64,000 nucleotides of DNA, taken from Macrostomum lignano. Its lineage: Eukaryota. The notes below the pieces were generated by a model. It did not search any database. It saw only the letters and a program-made list of their open reading frames with translations, and had not been told where the DNA came from. Positions 42,601 through 54,100 of this stretch are shown piece after piece. The stretch's first letter is position 1. Every line of letters starts with the position of its first letter. The stretch is taken from positions 124,001 through 188,000 of the forward strand of contig NIVC01002236.1 of NCBI GenBank assembly GCA_002269645.1, read 5' to 3'. Made by a program: the position numbers and the translations under genes.

Positions 42601-43689
42601 CTCACCTAGTCTCTAGTCTCACCCAGAATGTATCTCACTGTTTCTTTAATCTCACCCAGTCTCTAATCTCACTCAGAATGTATCTCATTTTTTCTCTAAT
42701 CTCACCCTGTTTCTAAACTCACCAGTCTCTAATCTCACTCAGAATGTATCTCATTTTTTCTTTAATCTCACCCAGTCTCTAATCTCACTCAGAATGTATC
42801 TCATTTTTTCTCTAATCTCACCCTGTTTCTAAACTCACCAGTCTCTAATCTCACTCAGAATGTATCTCATTTTTTCTTTAATCTCACCCAGTCTCTAATC
42901 TCACTCAGAATGTATCTCATTTTTTCTCTAATCTCACCCTGTTTCTAAACTCACCAGTCTCTAATCTCACTCAGTTTCTAATCACATATAGTCTCTAATC
43001 TCACAAAACCTGTCTCTAATCTTACAGTCTCTAATCTAATCTCATCCTGTCTCTGATCTCACCTAGTCTCTAATCTCATCCTGTCTCTAATCTAACCCAC
43101 TCTCTAATTTTACCTAGTCTCTAATCTCACCCAGTCTCATACCGATATTAAGAATTAAGAGCGAACCTTTTCGAATCACCCTGCAGCCGTTTCCTTGGCC
43201 CAGCACAGGCAGCGCGGTGCCCCAGGCGGCAAGGTCGGAGCCCACCACTCCGTCATCGCTGCAGATGAACACCCGCAGGCTGCCAAATCCGCTACTCTGC
43301 TTGGCCTCGAAATTGGCTGACAAGAGCAGAGCGTGAGCAGACCGAGCCAAGCAGCCAGCATCATCAGCTGATGACGTCAGCAAACCAATGGAGAGATTCT
43401 GACCATGATTAGTTTTTCTATTGCTGCTAGACTTGCCAGACAGATAAGACCAGCTGGAACCCGACAGCCGATTAATAAAATTCCTGGCCTCTAGAGATGC
43501 GGCATCGGTATGCCTCTTTGACAATCTTCTATCGCCAATATAATAAGCAGAGCCGGGCATATGACTGCACAGCAATGGCAGCACAATGCAGAACTGCAGC
43601 AGCAGTTGCAGAGTCATAATCCTTGTTGGCAAGCCCATGGTGAAGGTGCGCCACAGCATCTTGTAGGAGAACATCGGCATAAACAGCAT
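39620..43689 (-). CDS. Putative multi-exon signal-peptide plus multipass membrane protein (possibly class C GPCR-like). Candidate exons ~43689-43143, ~42450-41845, ~41023-40790, ~39810-39625; joins unresolved
   Basis: Acceptor gcatgcag 4 nt before ATG 43689, hydrophobic N-terminal leader, donor gtatga at 43142. ORF 41832..42605 has paired TM segments; ORF 40777..41079 has further hydrophobic helices after the acceptor ttttag. Exact phases between exons could not be fixed. Confidence 0.4.
40120..40720. repeat. ggagatgtagggagatac minisatellite
   Basis: Direct reading; inverted relative to 41310-41810. Confidence 0.92.
41310..41810. repeat. cagtatctccctacatctc minisatellite
   Basis: Reverse complement of the 40120-40720 unit. 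Confidence 0.92.
42600..43130. repeat. tctctaatctcacccag-type minisatellite
   Basis: Direct reading. Confidence 0.88.
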
Positions 43690-43739
43690 CGCTCTGCATG
43701 CATTACAGATTGACACAAATACTACTGAAATCAGTACTC

Positions 43740-45030
43740 TTGAAAGGGGAATTGGGAAGACTCTTGAAGGGGGATTAAGAAGAATCTTGAAGGGGATTTG
43801 GGAAGACTCTTCAAGGGGAATTGGGAAGACTCCTAAGAGTAATTTGGGAGACTCTTGAAAGGGGAATTGGGAAGACTCTTCAAGGGGAATTGGGAAGACT
43901 CCTGAGAGGAATTTGGGAGACTCTTAAAGGGGAATTGGGAAGACTCTTGAAAGGGGAATTGGGAAGACTCTTCAAGGGGAATTGGGAAGACTCTTCAAGG
44001 GGAATTGGGAAGACTCTTGAAAGGGGAATTGGGAAAACTTTTGAAAGGGGAATTGGGAAGACTCTTCAAGGGGAATTGGGAAGACTCTTCAAGGGGAATT
44101 GGGAAGACTCTTGAAAGGGGAATTGGGAAGACTCTTGAAGGGGAATTGGGAAGACTCTTGAAGAGGAATTGGGAAGACTCTTGAAGGGGAATTGGGAAGA
44201 CTCTTGAAGGGGAATTGGGAAGACTCCTGAGGGGGGATTGGGAAGACTCTTCAAGGGGAATTGGGAAGACTCTTCAAGGGAATTGGGAAGACTCTTGAAA
44301 GGGGAATTGGGAAGACTCTTCAAGGGGAATTGGGAAGACTCTTCAAGGGGAATTGGGAAGACTCTTGAAGGGGAATCGGGAAAACTTTTGAAAGGGGAAT
44401 TGGGAAGACTCTTCAAGGGGAATTGGGAAGACTCTTCAAGGGGAATTGGGAAGACTCTTGAAGGGGAATTGGGAAGACTCTTGAAGGGGAATTGGGAAGA
44501 CTCTTGAAGAGGAATTGGGAAGACTCTTGAAGGGGAATTGGGAAGACTCTTGAAGGGGAATTGGGAAGACTCCTGAGGGGGGATTGGGAAGACTCTTCAA
44601 GGGGAATTGGGAAGACTCTTCAAGGGAATTGGGAAGACTCTTGAAAGGGGAATTGGGAAGACTCTTCAAGGGGAATTGGGAAGACTCTTCAAGGGGAATT
44701 GGGAAGACTCTTGAAGGGGAATTGGGAAGACTCTTGAAGGGGAATTGGGAAGACTCCTGAGGGGGGATTGGGAAGACTCTTGAAGGGGAATTGGGAAGTT
44801 TCTTGAAGGGGGAATTGGGAAAAATCTTGAAGGGGAATTGGGAAGACTCTTGAAGGGGAATTGGGAAGACTCTTGAAGGGGAATTGGGAAGACTCTTGAA
44901 GGGAATGGGAAGACTCTTGAGGGGGAATTGGGAAGACTCTTGAAGGGCAATTGGGAAGACTCTTGAGGGGGAATTGGGAAGACTCTTGAAGGGGGATTGG
45001 GAAGACTCTCGAAGGGTAATTGGGAAGAAC
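43740..45030. repeat. ~22-bp minisatellite (gggaattgggaagactcttgaa[g])
   Basis: Direct reading; a related unit occurs at 46330-46850. Confidence 0.95.
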
Positions 45031-45443
45031 ACATACAGGCGCGGCAATACTGTACACAGTCACGCACTCATACAGACGCTCACACAGGGTGCACAGCGCG
45101 CGCGGCCCTTTGACCTTCTAATCGTCAGACATGTACAGTACAATACAAGTCAGTAGTACTTAGCGTTTATGTATTGTAATTTTAAAAAGGAAAAATAAGA
45201 CAACACAAAAACAATAACTAGACTGAGTAGTAAAATGAAAACACGTGAACTTTTATTTAACGACTCCAACAGACACTTTGGTATTTGGTGTGTTCACCTT
45301 TTCAGGCGCAAACATGAGATGTTAGTTAATAGCTAAATTTTATGGTATTAGGGTTCTTAAACAAATGGTTAGCTAATTTTATCTATGCCATTTCAAACTA
45401 ACAAGCTGAACACTACAAATAGCATTGTAACTTTTCTTAGAAA

Positions 45444-45692
45444 GCCTAGTGCTTAGAGCGTCGGGGGTTCGATTCCCGATCCCATTAGGAACAATTTGTG
45501 TCCTTGAGCCAGATACTTATAACTCTGCATTGCTTCAGTTCACCAGCTGTAAAATGGGTGCCAGCATTAGCTGGGGTAATTGAGGGTGTGTGGCGACCCC
45601 CCCCCCCAGTCCTTGGACTGAACAGCCGTACGCAGCCTTCAGATGTCGGTTGCACATCTTCCCATTGGGGCAGGTGTATCAAATTATTATTA
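45444..45692 (+). mobile_element. tRNA-derived SINE with a CORE (MIR-like) domain
   Basis: A-box-like gcctagtgcttag (45444) and B-box ggttcgattccc (45466), with a shortened spacer. tgtgtccttgagccagatacttataac...cagttcaccagctgtaaaatggg resembles the CORE consensus; short TTA tail. Confidence 0.65.
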
Positions 45693-45812
45693 GTAACTAA
45701 ATGAGGATCTTGCATTTAAAGATTTAGATTTAAGAAAAACTAAAAATATTCATATCTCACTACTCATTACTTGCATAACATATAGTAGTACTAATTCAGA
45801 CAGACGCAATGT

Positions 45813-46307
45813 TTATTTAACATCATCAAAGCTAGGCGCAGACCCAGACTCAATATCCTGGATGAATGATTTATAATAAGCCTCGTATCTCTTGGCGCAG
45901 CGCATGACGTCATTGTGCGTGTCCTCGAATGCCCTCCTAGCATTGGGGTCGTCAAACGCTGAGTCATCTTTCAACAAGCCGTCAATCTGGGCCATAAACT
46001 TTCGGAAGTAGAGGCCGCACGGTCCCGTGACGTACTTGGCCACGCAACCGCAGTGCCAGTTGTAGCTGCCGTCCGGCCGCTTGAACCCCGGCAGGCTGTA
46101 CTTCGTGTCGATGTCAAAGTAGTTGGTCATCGACATGGTGGGATAGGCGTCCCGGCGGGACAAGAAGGTGGCCGCGTGAGCGGGACGGTTGGGTCCGCCA
46201 GGGATCTGCTTGGACCACGACGGCCTCTGATCCTCACTAGGCAGCACCGGCGGCTGCTGCTCTGCGACTGGTTCCGCTTTTGTTGCAGTTGCAGGAGATG
46301 AAGACAT
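45813..46307 (-). CDS. Mia40/CHCHD4-like mitochondrial IMS oxidoreductase homolog, atypical (CGC motif, inner disulfide lost), 164 aa
   Basis: PGFKRPDGSYNWHCGCVAKYVTGPCGLYF aligns to the Mia40 signature PG...PDG.INW.CPCLG.M..GPCG..F; C-terminal C.KRY. Acceptor ctgcag 3 nt upstream of the ATG. Confidence 0.78.
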   Translation of the reverse strand: MSSSPATATKAEPVAEQQPPVLPSEDQRPSWSKQIPGGPNRPAHAATFLSRRDAYPTMSMTNYFDIDTKYSLPGFKRPDGSYNWHCGCVAKYVTGPCGLYFRKFMAQIDGLLKDDSAFDDPNARRAFEDTHNDVMRCAKRYEAYYKSFIQDIESGSAPSFDDVK

Positions 46308-46329
46308 TTGCTGCAGTCATGAAGGATCG

Positions 46330-46850
46330 AATTGGGGAGATTCTTGATGGGGATTGAGGAGATTCTTGGAGGAAATTAAGAAGATTCTTGAATGGAATCG
46401 GGAAGATTCTTGAAGGGGAGTTGGGGAGATTCTTGAATGGGAGTTGGGGAGATTCTTGAAGAGAAATTGGGGAGATTCTTGATGGGGATTGGGGAGATTA
46501 CTGAAGGGAAATTGGGGTGATTCTTAAAGGGGAATTGGGGAGATTCTTGAAGAGAAATTGGGGATGGGGAGATTCTTTAAGAGAAGTTGGGGAGCTTCTT
46601 GAAGAGAAATTGGGGAGATTCTTAAAAGGGAATTGGGAAGATTCTTAAATGGGAATTGGGAAGATTCTTAAATGGGAATTGGGAAGATTCGTAAAGGGGA
46701 GTTAGGGAGATGCTTGAATGGGAATTGGGGAGATTCTTAAAGGGGAGTTGGGGAGATTCCTAAAGAGGAATTAGGGAGATTCTTGAAGGGGATTCGGGGA
46801 GATTCTTGAAAGGGATTTGGGGAGATTCTTAAAGGGGAATTTTGGAAATA
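46330..46850. repeat. ggggaattggggagattcttgaa minisatellite
   Basis: Direct reading. Confidence 0.9.
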
Positions 46851-47139
46851 CAAAGATATTAGGAAAAAATAAAATAATTTGATATAACAACAGGAACTGG
46901 AAACATATAAAGGCCTAAAAAAGCATTTTGAACATCTGCAGATCCTTTATTTTATCATTTTTATTTTTGAAAATTTAACTAAAAAGTTTTTAATCTTGTG
47001 TTTTGTTAAAATGCTGAATATTTCATGTATTAATGACATTAAAACGGCAACAACAGTTCCATGCTTAGGAAGTGGCTCGAGCCGATAAATAGGTAGGATT
47101 TGAGAAGCTGGAAGTGGCCCAGCAACTCACACTCATGGA

Positions 47140-47520
47140 GGCTGGATGAGCAACTGAGGATCTGGGAGGCTGGCCCAGCAACTGAAGATCTGGGAGGCTG
47201 GTGGCCCAGCAACTGAGGATCTGGGAGGCTGGTGGTCCAGCAACTGAGGATCTGGGAGGCTGGTGGTCCAGCAACTGAGGATCTGGGAGGCTGGTGGCCC
47301 AGCAACTGAGGATCTGGGAGGCTGGCCAAGGAACTGAGGATCTGGGAGGCTGGCCAAGGAACTGAGGATCTGGGAGGCTGGTGGCCCAGCAACTGAGGAT
47401 CTGGGAGGCTGGCCAAGGAACTGAGGATCTGGGAGGCTGGCCAAGGAACTGAGGATCTGGGAGGCTGGCCCGGCAACTGAGGATCTGGGAGGCTGGCCCG
47501 GCAACTGAGGATCTGAGAGG
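47140..47520. repeat. ~27-30-bp minisatellite (caactgaggatctgggaggctgg...)
   Basis: Direct reading. Confidence 0.92.
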
Positions 47521-47694
47521 CTGAAAGTTTCATAGTCACGGAACTCAATAAAAACCACTCAACGCACAATTTCACAAAACAACAATACTAAATCTATGGT
47601 ATTCCTACAGCAAAGCCACTAAAAACGTATCATACTACTGCATGGAGAAGAGTAGCACAGTTCAGTAAAAAACGCATTTCCATAAAACACGACA

Positions 47695-48048
47695 TCAACT
47701 CGCTTCCCCCTTGCCAACTTTATTGAACAGCCTGTTGTAGTCATTCTTATCGAAAATTCTACTGGGAGCAGACGGGGCCAGCGGCTCCAGACCGCCTGCG
47801 GATGATGAGGCTTCAGCGGCAGCAGCTGCAGCTTCCCGAAGCAGTCGCTCGTCTCGTTGATCAGCCACTGACTTGTCTCGGCGGGCCGCTGCCTCCTGCG
47901 ACTCTAAACTCGCTGGCGAGGTGAACAAGCGCTCAGCGTTGTAGCCAATGATGCCGATGACTACGGCGAATGGAAATGCGATTGCGTTGGCAACTGGACC
48001 GGCTCGGGCCATGAAAGTGCGCATCGCTTGCAGGATTACGGGTAGCAT
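47695..48048 (-). CDS. SMIM12: Small integral membrane protein 12 (UPF0767) homolog, 117 aa
   Basis: MLPVILQAMRTF..FPFAVVIGIIGYNAE..KSVADQRDERLL..APSRIFDKN matches the SMIM12 pattern MWPV...RTY..FP.A.VVG.VGY.LE..KSI.ERRE.R.L..P..VL.RN. Acceptor tcccag 10 nt upstream of the ATG. Confidence 0.85.
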   Translation of the reverse strand: MLPVILQAMRTFMARAGPVANAIAFPFAVVIGIIGYNAERLFTSPASLESQEAAARRDKSVADQRDERLLREAAAAAAEASSSAGGLEPLAPSAPSRIFDKNDYNRLFNKVGKGEAS

Positions 48049-48124
48049 TGTTGCTTAGCTGGGACATGAATGGTGACGATATGTATCGAAAATACACATT
48101 GAATGAGTTTTAAATGAAATACAA

Positions 48125-49620
48125 TTGGGATTTCCCTAAATCCTAAATAACCGAATGGAATTTCCCCAAATCCTAAATAACCGAATGGGATTTCCCCAAA
48201 TCCTAAATAACCGAATGGGCTTTTCTTAAACCCTAAATAACCGAATGAGATTTTTCCAAATCCCGAATACTCAATAGGGATTTCCCCAAATCCTAAATAA
48301 CCGAATGGGATTTCCCCAAATCCTAAATAACCGAATGGGCTTTTCTTAAACCCTAAATAACCGAATGAGATTTTTCCAAATCCCGAATACTCAATAGGGA
48401 TTTCCCCAAATCCTAAATAACCGAATAGATTTCACCAAATCCTAAATAACCGAATGAGATTTCCACAAATCCTAAATAACCGAATCAATGGGATTTCCTT
48501 AAATCCTGAATAACCGAATGAGATTTCCCCAAATCCTAAATAATTGAATGGGATTTCCCCAAATCCTGAATACTCAATAGGGATTTCCCCGAATCCTAAA
48601 TAACCGAATGGGATTTCCCCAAATCCTGAATACTCAATAGGGATTTCCCCGAATCCTAAATAACCGAATGGGATTTCCCCAAATCCTGAATACTCAATAG
48701 GGATTTCCCCGAATCCTAAATAAACGAATGGGATTTCCCCAAATCCTGAATACTCAATAGGGATTTCCCCGAATCCTAAATAACCGAATGGGATTTCCCG
48801 AATCCTAAATAACCGAATGGGATTTCCCCAAATCCTAAATAACCGAATCAATGGGATTTCCCCAAATCCTAAATAGCCGAATAGATTTTACCAAATCCTA
48901 AATAACCGAATGGGATTTCCCCAAATCCTGAATACTCAATAGGGATTTCTCCGAATCCTAAATAACCGAATGGGATTTCCCCAAATCCTGAATACTCAAT
49001 AGGGATTTCTCCGAATCCTAAATAACCGAATGGGATTTCCCCAAATCCTGAATACTCAATAGGGATTTCTCCGAATCCTAAATAACCGAATGGGATTTCC
49101 CCAAATCCTGAATACTCAATAGGGATTTCCCCGAATCCTAAATAACCGAATGGGATTTCCCCGAATCCTAAATAACCGAATGGGATTTCCCCAAATCCTG
49201 AATACTCAATAGGGATTTCTCCGAATCCTAAATAACCGAATGGGATTTCCCCAAATCCTGAATACTCAATAGGGATTTCCCCGAATCCTAAATAACCGAA
49301 TGGGATTTCCCCGAATCCTAAATAACCGAATGGGATTTCCCCAAATCCTAAATAACCGAATCAATGGGATTTCCCCAAATCCTAAATAGCCGAATAGATT
49401 TTACCAAATCCTAAATAACCGAATGGGATTTCCCCAAATCCTGAATACTCAATAGGGATTTCTCCGAATCCTAAATAACCGAATGGGATTTCCCCAAATC
49501 CTGAATACTCAATAGGGATTTCCCCGAATCCTAAATAAACGAATGGGATTTCCCCAAATCTTGAATACTCAATAGGGATTTCTCCGAATCCTAAATAACC
49601 GAATGGGATTTCCGCTAAAT
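48125..49620. repeat. ~29/58-bp minisatellite (gggatttccccaaatcctaaataaccgaat)
   Basis: Direct reading. Confidence 0.95.
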
Positions 49621-50409
49621 CCTGCATTTTACCACGGACAAAAAATTAAAACTAGTCAGATGTAGAACAACTGCTAATTAAAGTTTATTTGGCAACAATG
49701 ATCAATGAATTACGATCTTTTAAAGCAATACATAAACATATATATGCATTAAAATTGTTACAAAAAAAATTCTGTTAAGGGAAGAGGTGTGAAACAAAAA
49801 AATTAAGTAACTAGCTAGTAAGTAAAACAAGCACTTCAGCTGCATATCAAAGTGCTTTACGATGGTTTTTGGTATTAAAAAAAAGTGACTGCAAAAATAA
49901 GGAAAACAGAGTAATGACATTGGAACAGAACAATAGCCACAACCACACCCGACACCAGTAACAGCCAACTATGAAAAAAAACAACCAACACAAAATTGAA
50001 AGACGATGTTAAAAAAAACAAACACAGACTCAAAAAAGGTCCCCGAAGTTCCGTTTGAATTAAAACATAACCAACACAACAGTAAAACAGGGAAGCATTT
50101 ATGTGGAGAGATTTTCAAATTCCACAAACTGGAATAACGATCCTTTTAATTGAAGAATTGAAAATAATAACACAACATATCGGTAGAATGTCTAAAAGCA
50201 GGCAAAACATTTGTGCAGGAAAAAATTAAAATACAATTATTGTCAAGGAAAATAGGACTATATTATTTAATAAATATATCAAATATTATGCGCTTAATTA
50301 AGGAAAACTACAAATTGCAAGAGACTGAAAATCAGCAGCCAACAAACCCGCATGAGTCCAAAACTCATTGCTTGCATACTACTTACTGACAAGCATGTGT
50401 TCGGGCCGC

Positions 50410-50990
50410 TGTACATGCATGGGATGCAGGGAGATGCAGGAAGATTTAGGGAGATGTAGGGAGACGCAGGGACATGAAAGAGATGTAGGGAAATGCAGGG
50501 AGATGTAGTGAGATGCATGGGATGTAGGGAGATGCAGGGAGATGTAGTGAGATGCATGGGATGTAGGGAGATGCAGGGAAATGTAGGGAGATGTATGGGA
50601 TGTAGGGAGATGCAGGGAGATGCAGGGAGATGCATGGGATGTAGGGAGATGCATGGGATGTAGAGAGATGCAGGGAGATGCAGGGGATGTAGGGAGATGC
50701 ATGGGATGTAAGGAGATGCATGGGATGTAGGGAGATGCAGGGGATGTAGGGAGATGCATGGGGATGCAGGGAGATGCAGGGAGATGCAGGGAGATGCAGG
50801 GAGATGTAGGGAGATGCATGGGATGTAGGGAGATCGATGGGATGCAGGGAGATGCACGGAAATTCATGGGATGTAGGGAGATGCATGGGATGTAGGGAGA
50901 TCCATGGGATGCAGGGAAATACATGGGATGTAGGGACATGCATGGGATGTAGGGAGATCCATGGGATGCAGGGAGATGCAGGGAGATGAG
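50410..50990. repeat. gggagatgca/gggatgta minisatellite (in the probable DDHD1 3' UTR)
   Basis: Direct reading. Confidence 0.92.
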
Positions 50991-51149
50991 CATTGTTAGC
51001 TTTTAATCTTTAGTATTTCAGCTACCGCAATGACCAAAATTTGTTCATAGATGAAAAAATGAATTTTTGACCGCCAATAAACAAGTAAATAAACAAATAA
51101 ACAAACAAATAAACATTTGCCAGCCCGTCAATCATTGAAACTCAGTCGA

Positions 51150-54100
51150 TCATCGCTTCGGAATGCCAATAGGCCCATAGTCAGGGAACAGGTGACTCAT
51201 AATAAACAGAGCAATATCTTCATGACTCCAATAGGCGGTGTGACTGGTGAGCACACTTACATATGAGGACTCATAGCGGCCTTCTCTCAGCTGATAGTCC
51301 AGTCTGTGCTCAAGTTCGGTCCTGTGCTGCATCGAGTCGTACACATTTACAGCCGGCCGACTACTGTTCGAGGCTGGCGCAGCCTCTCCATTAGCTTCAT
51401 CAGCGCCCAGCATCAGATCATCGGCAGCATCTTCAACGTAGTTGCTAGCAAAAGTTTTCAGTTCCGACATGACGGGAGGCCCAGTTGAGCTGACTGAGAC
51501 TGCTGTAGCTGAAGCTGACGACGCCACGGAACCGCTGGCAGATGCAGTCTTGCGAAAGCTCGAAAGTCTGGATGGACTGTAGGCTGAGTCACCTGATGGA
51601 GACGGCAGCTGCGGCGGCTGCTGCTGCCCCTTGCCAGTGAATCTTGACAGAAACGTGTTGAACCGGTCTAGGGGTGAGAAATACAGATAGTGACACATAA
51701 TCACAGATAATCACATAATCACAGATAATCACATAATCACAGATAATCACAGATAATCACACAATCACAGATAATCACATAATCACAGATAATCACATAA
51801 TCACAGATAATCACATAATCACAGATAATCACACATAATCACACAATCACAGATAATCACATAATCACAGATAATCACATAATCACAGATAATCACATAA
51901 TCACAGATAATCACACATAATCACAGATAATCACAGACAATCACAGATAATCACATAATCACAGATAATCACACATAATCACAGATAATCACAGACAATC
52001 ACAGATAATCACATAATCACAGATAATCACACATAATCACAGATAATCACAGACAATCACAGATAATCACATAATCACAGATAATCACATAATCACAGAT
52101 AATCACAGATAATCACACAATCACAGATAATCACATAATCACAGATAATCACAGATAATCACACAATCACAGATAATCACATAATCACAGATAATCACAC
52201 AGCGGCTCTTTGACTTTCTAATCGTCAGGCGTGAGAGCACAGGAAGGCTGGATATACAATAATAAAATAGCGACTGTCACTACGTCAAGCATCGATTTGG
52301 AAAAAGCAATATAAACCAGTAAATTGTTAAATAATTTTGCTACCAATTCTTTATAATAGATAAAAATTATTTAGAAATTAGAGCCCAGATAAAATGGGAA
52401 AAATGATTTTTTTATTAGCTAAAACCTTAAATATTATAAAAACTATGAACCAGAGTAGTTTATAATGAGAGTTTATATATTGCGAAAATATATTGCACAT
52501 CTATCTTCTACAAGCTAAACTTTAGTATTGATAGATTACTGTAAGCCAGTAAAAGGATTACCAATGTATTCTGAAATAATATAACAAAAATACTAAGAAA
52601 GTATAGATAATAAAATTTAAATTTAATATGCAAATTTGTGCGAATAAAATTATTTGCAAAGGATATCTACCATGCCAAATTAGTGTTGGATAACATGCAA
52701 ACTAATTGAAGGTCTAATGTACATCTAGGGTGGGGTTGTGGGGGCTAGTGTACATCTAGGGTGGGGTTGTGGGGGCTAGTGTACATCTAGGGTAGGTTTG
52801 TGGGGCTAGTGTACATCTAGGGTAGGTTTGTGGGGCTAGTGTACATCTAGGGTGGGGATGTGGGGAGCCAGTGTACATCTAGGGTGGGGATGTGGGGAGC
52901 CAGTGTACATCTAGGGTGGGGTTGTGGGGAGCCAGTGTACATCTAGGGTGGGGATGTGGGGAGCCAGTGTACATCTAGGGTGGGGATGTGGGGAGCCAGT
53001 GTAGATCTAGGGTGGGGTTGTGGGGAGCCAGTGTACATTTAGGGTGGGAATGTGGGGAGCCAGTGTACATCTAGGGTGGGGATGTGGGGAGCCAGTGTAC
53101 ATCTAGGGTGGGGTTGTGGGGAGCCAGTGTACATCTAGGGTTAGATTGTGGGGTTTAAAATCATTGGAAATCATTTATAAAATTAAATGCATTCACTAAC
53201 ACAAGTACATATAAATGCACACATATAACCAATGATGGAACATAAAGATTCAGATATAGCACAACATTAATCAGGATTTTAAAACACACAACAGCATAAA
53301 ACAAAATCACACATCGGCGGTGAAACGAACCTGACAGTGAGGCATCGCTAGCCACAGCTCTTAGAGTGGCTGGGTGTTCTGTTACGGCACACACTTGGCC
53401 TGATATTTGGTAGTTAATGCACGCAATATTAATGATAGCAAGGAAAGCTATAGGGCATAGGCGTAGGGATAGACCAGATTTATCGGTCTGTAGTTAAATA
53501 TGGCTGACTATGGGTTTTTTAGAAGGTAAGAAATTAGATAATCGATAAAAAATTAGATAACTAAGGGAGGTAGCTCGTAATTAATTAAGCATGTATTTAG
53601 AATTTTACTGAATAAACGGTAAATAAATTATATTTTTTATATTGACAACTTAAATAATCAATTAAAATTGAGAGAGATGGGAGGAGAGACGCAGATGGAG
53701 AGGGGTGGGAGAGGGGGATGGAGGGGAGACAGGAAGATTAGAGAGCCGACCGGTAGATAGTAGGGGAGAGGATGGGAGGTGGAGAGAGGTAGAAAGTAGA
53801 TAGGGGGGGAGAAAGGTAAAATGATGGGGGTGGGAGATAGGAGGGAACAAAGAGGAAATGGGAGGGAGAGAGGGAAATGGGAGGGAGAGAGGGTGATGAG
53901 AGGGAGAGAGGGAACTGGGAGGGAAGAGGGAGATGAGAGGGAGAGAGGGAGATGGGAGGGAGAGAGGGAGATGAGAGGGAGAGAGGGAGATGGGAGGGAA
54001 GAGGGAGATGAGAGGGAGAGAGGGAGATGAGAGGGAGAGAGGGAGATGAGAGGGAGAGAGGGAGATGGGAGGGAGAGAGGGAGATGAGAGGGAGAGAGGG

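Noticed and set aside
45444-45480. Possible tRNA gene
   Set aside because: Only A/B boxes with a truncated spacer and no cloverleaf; continues into a SINE core.
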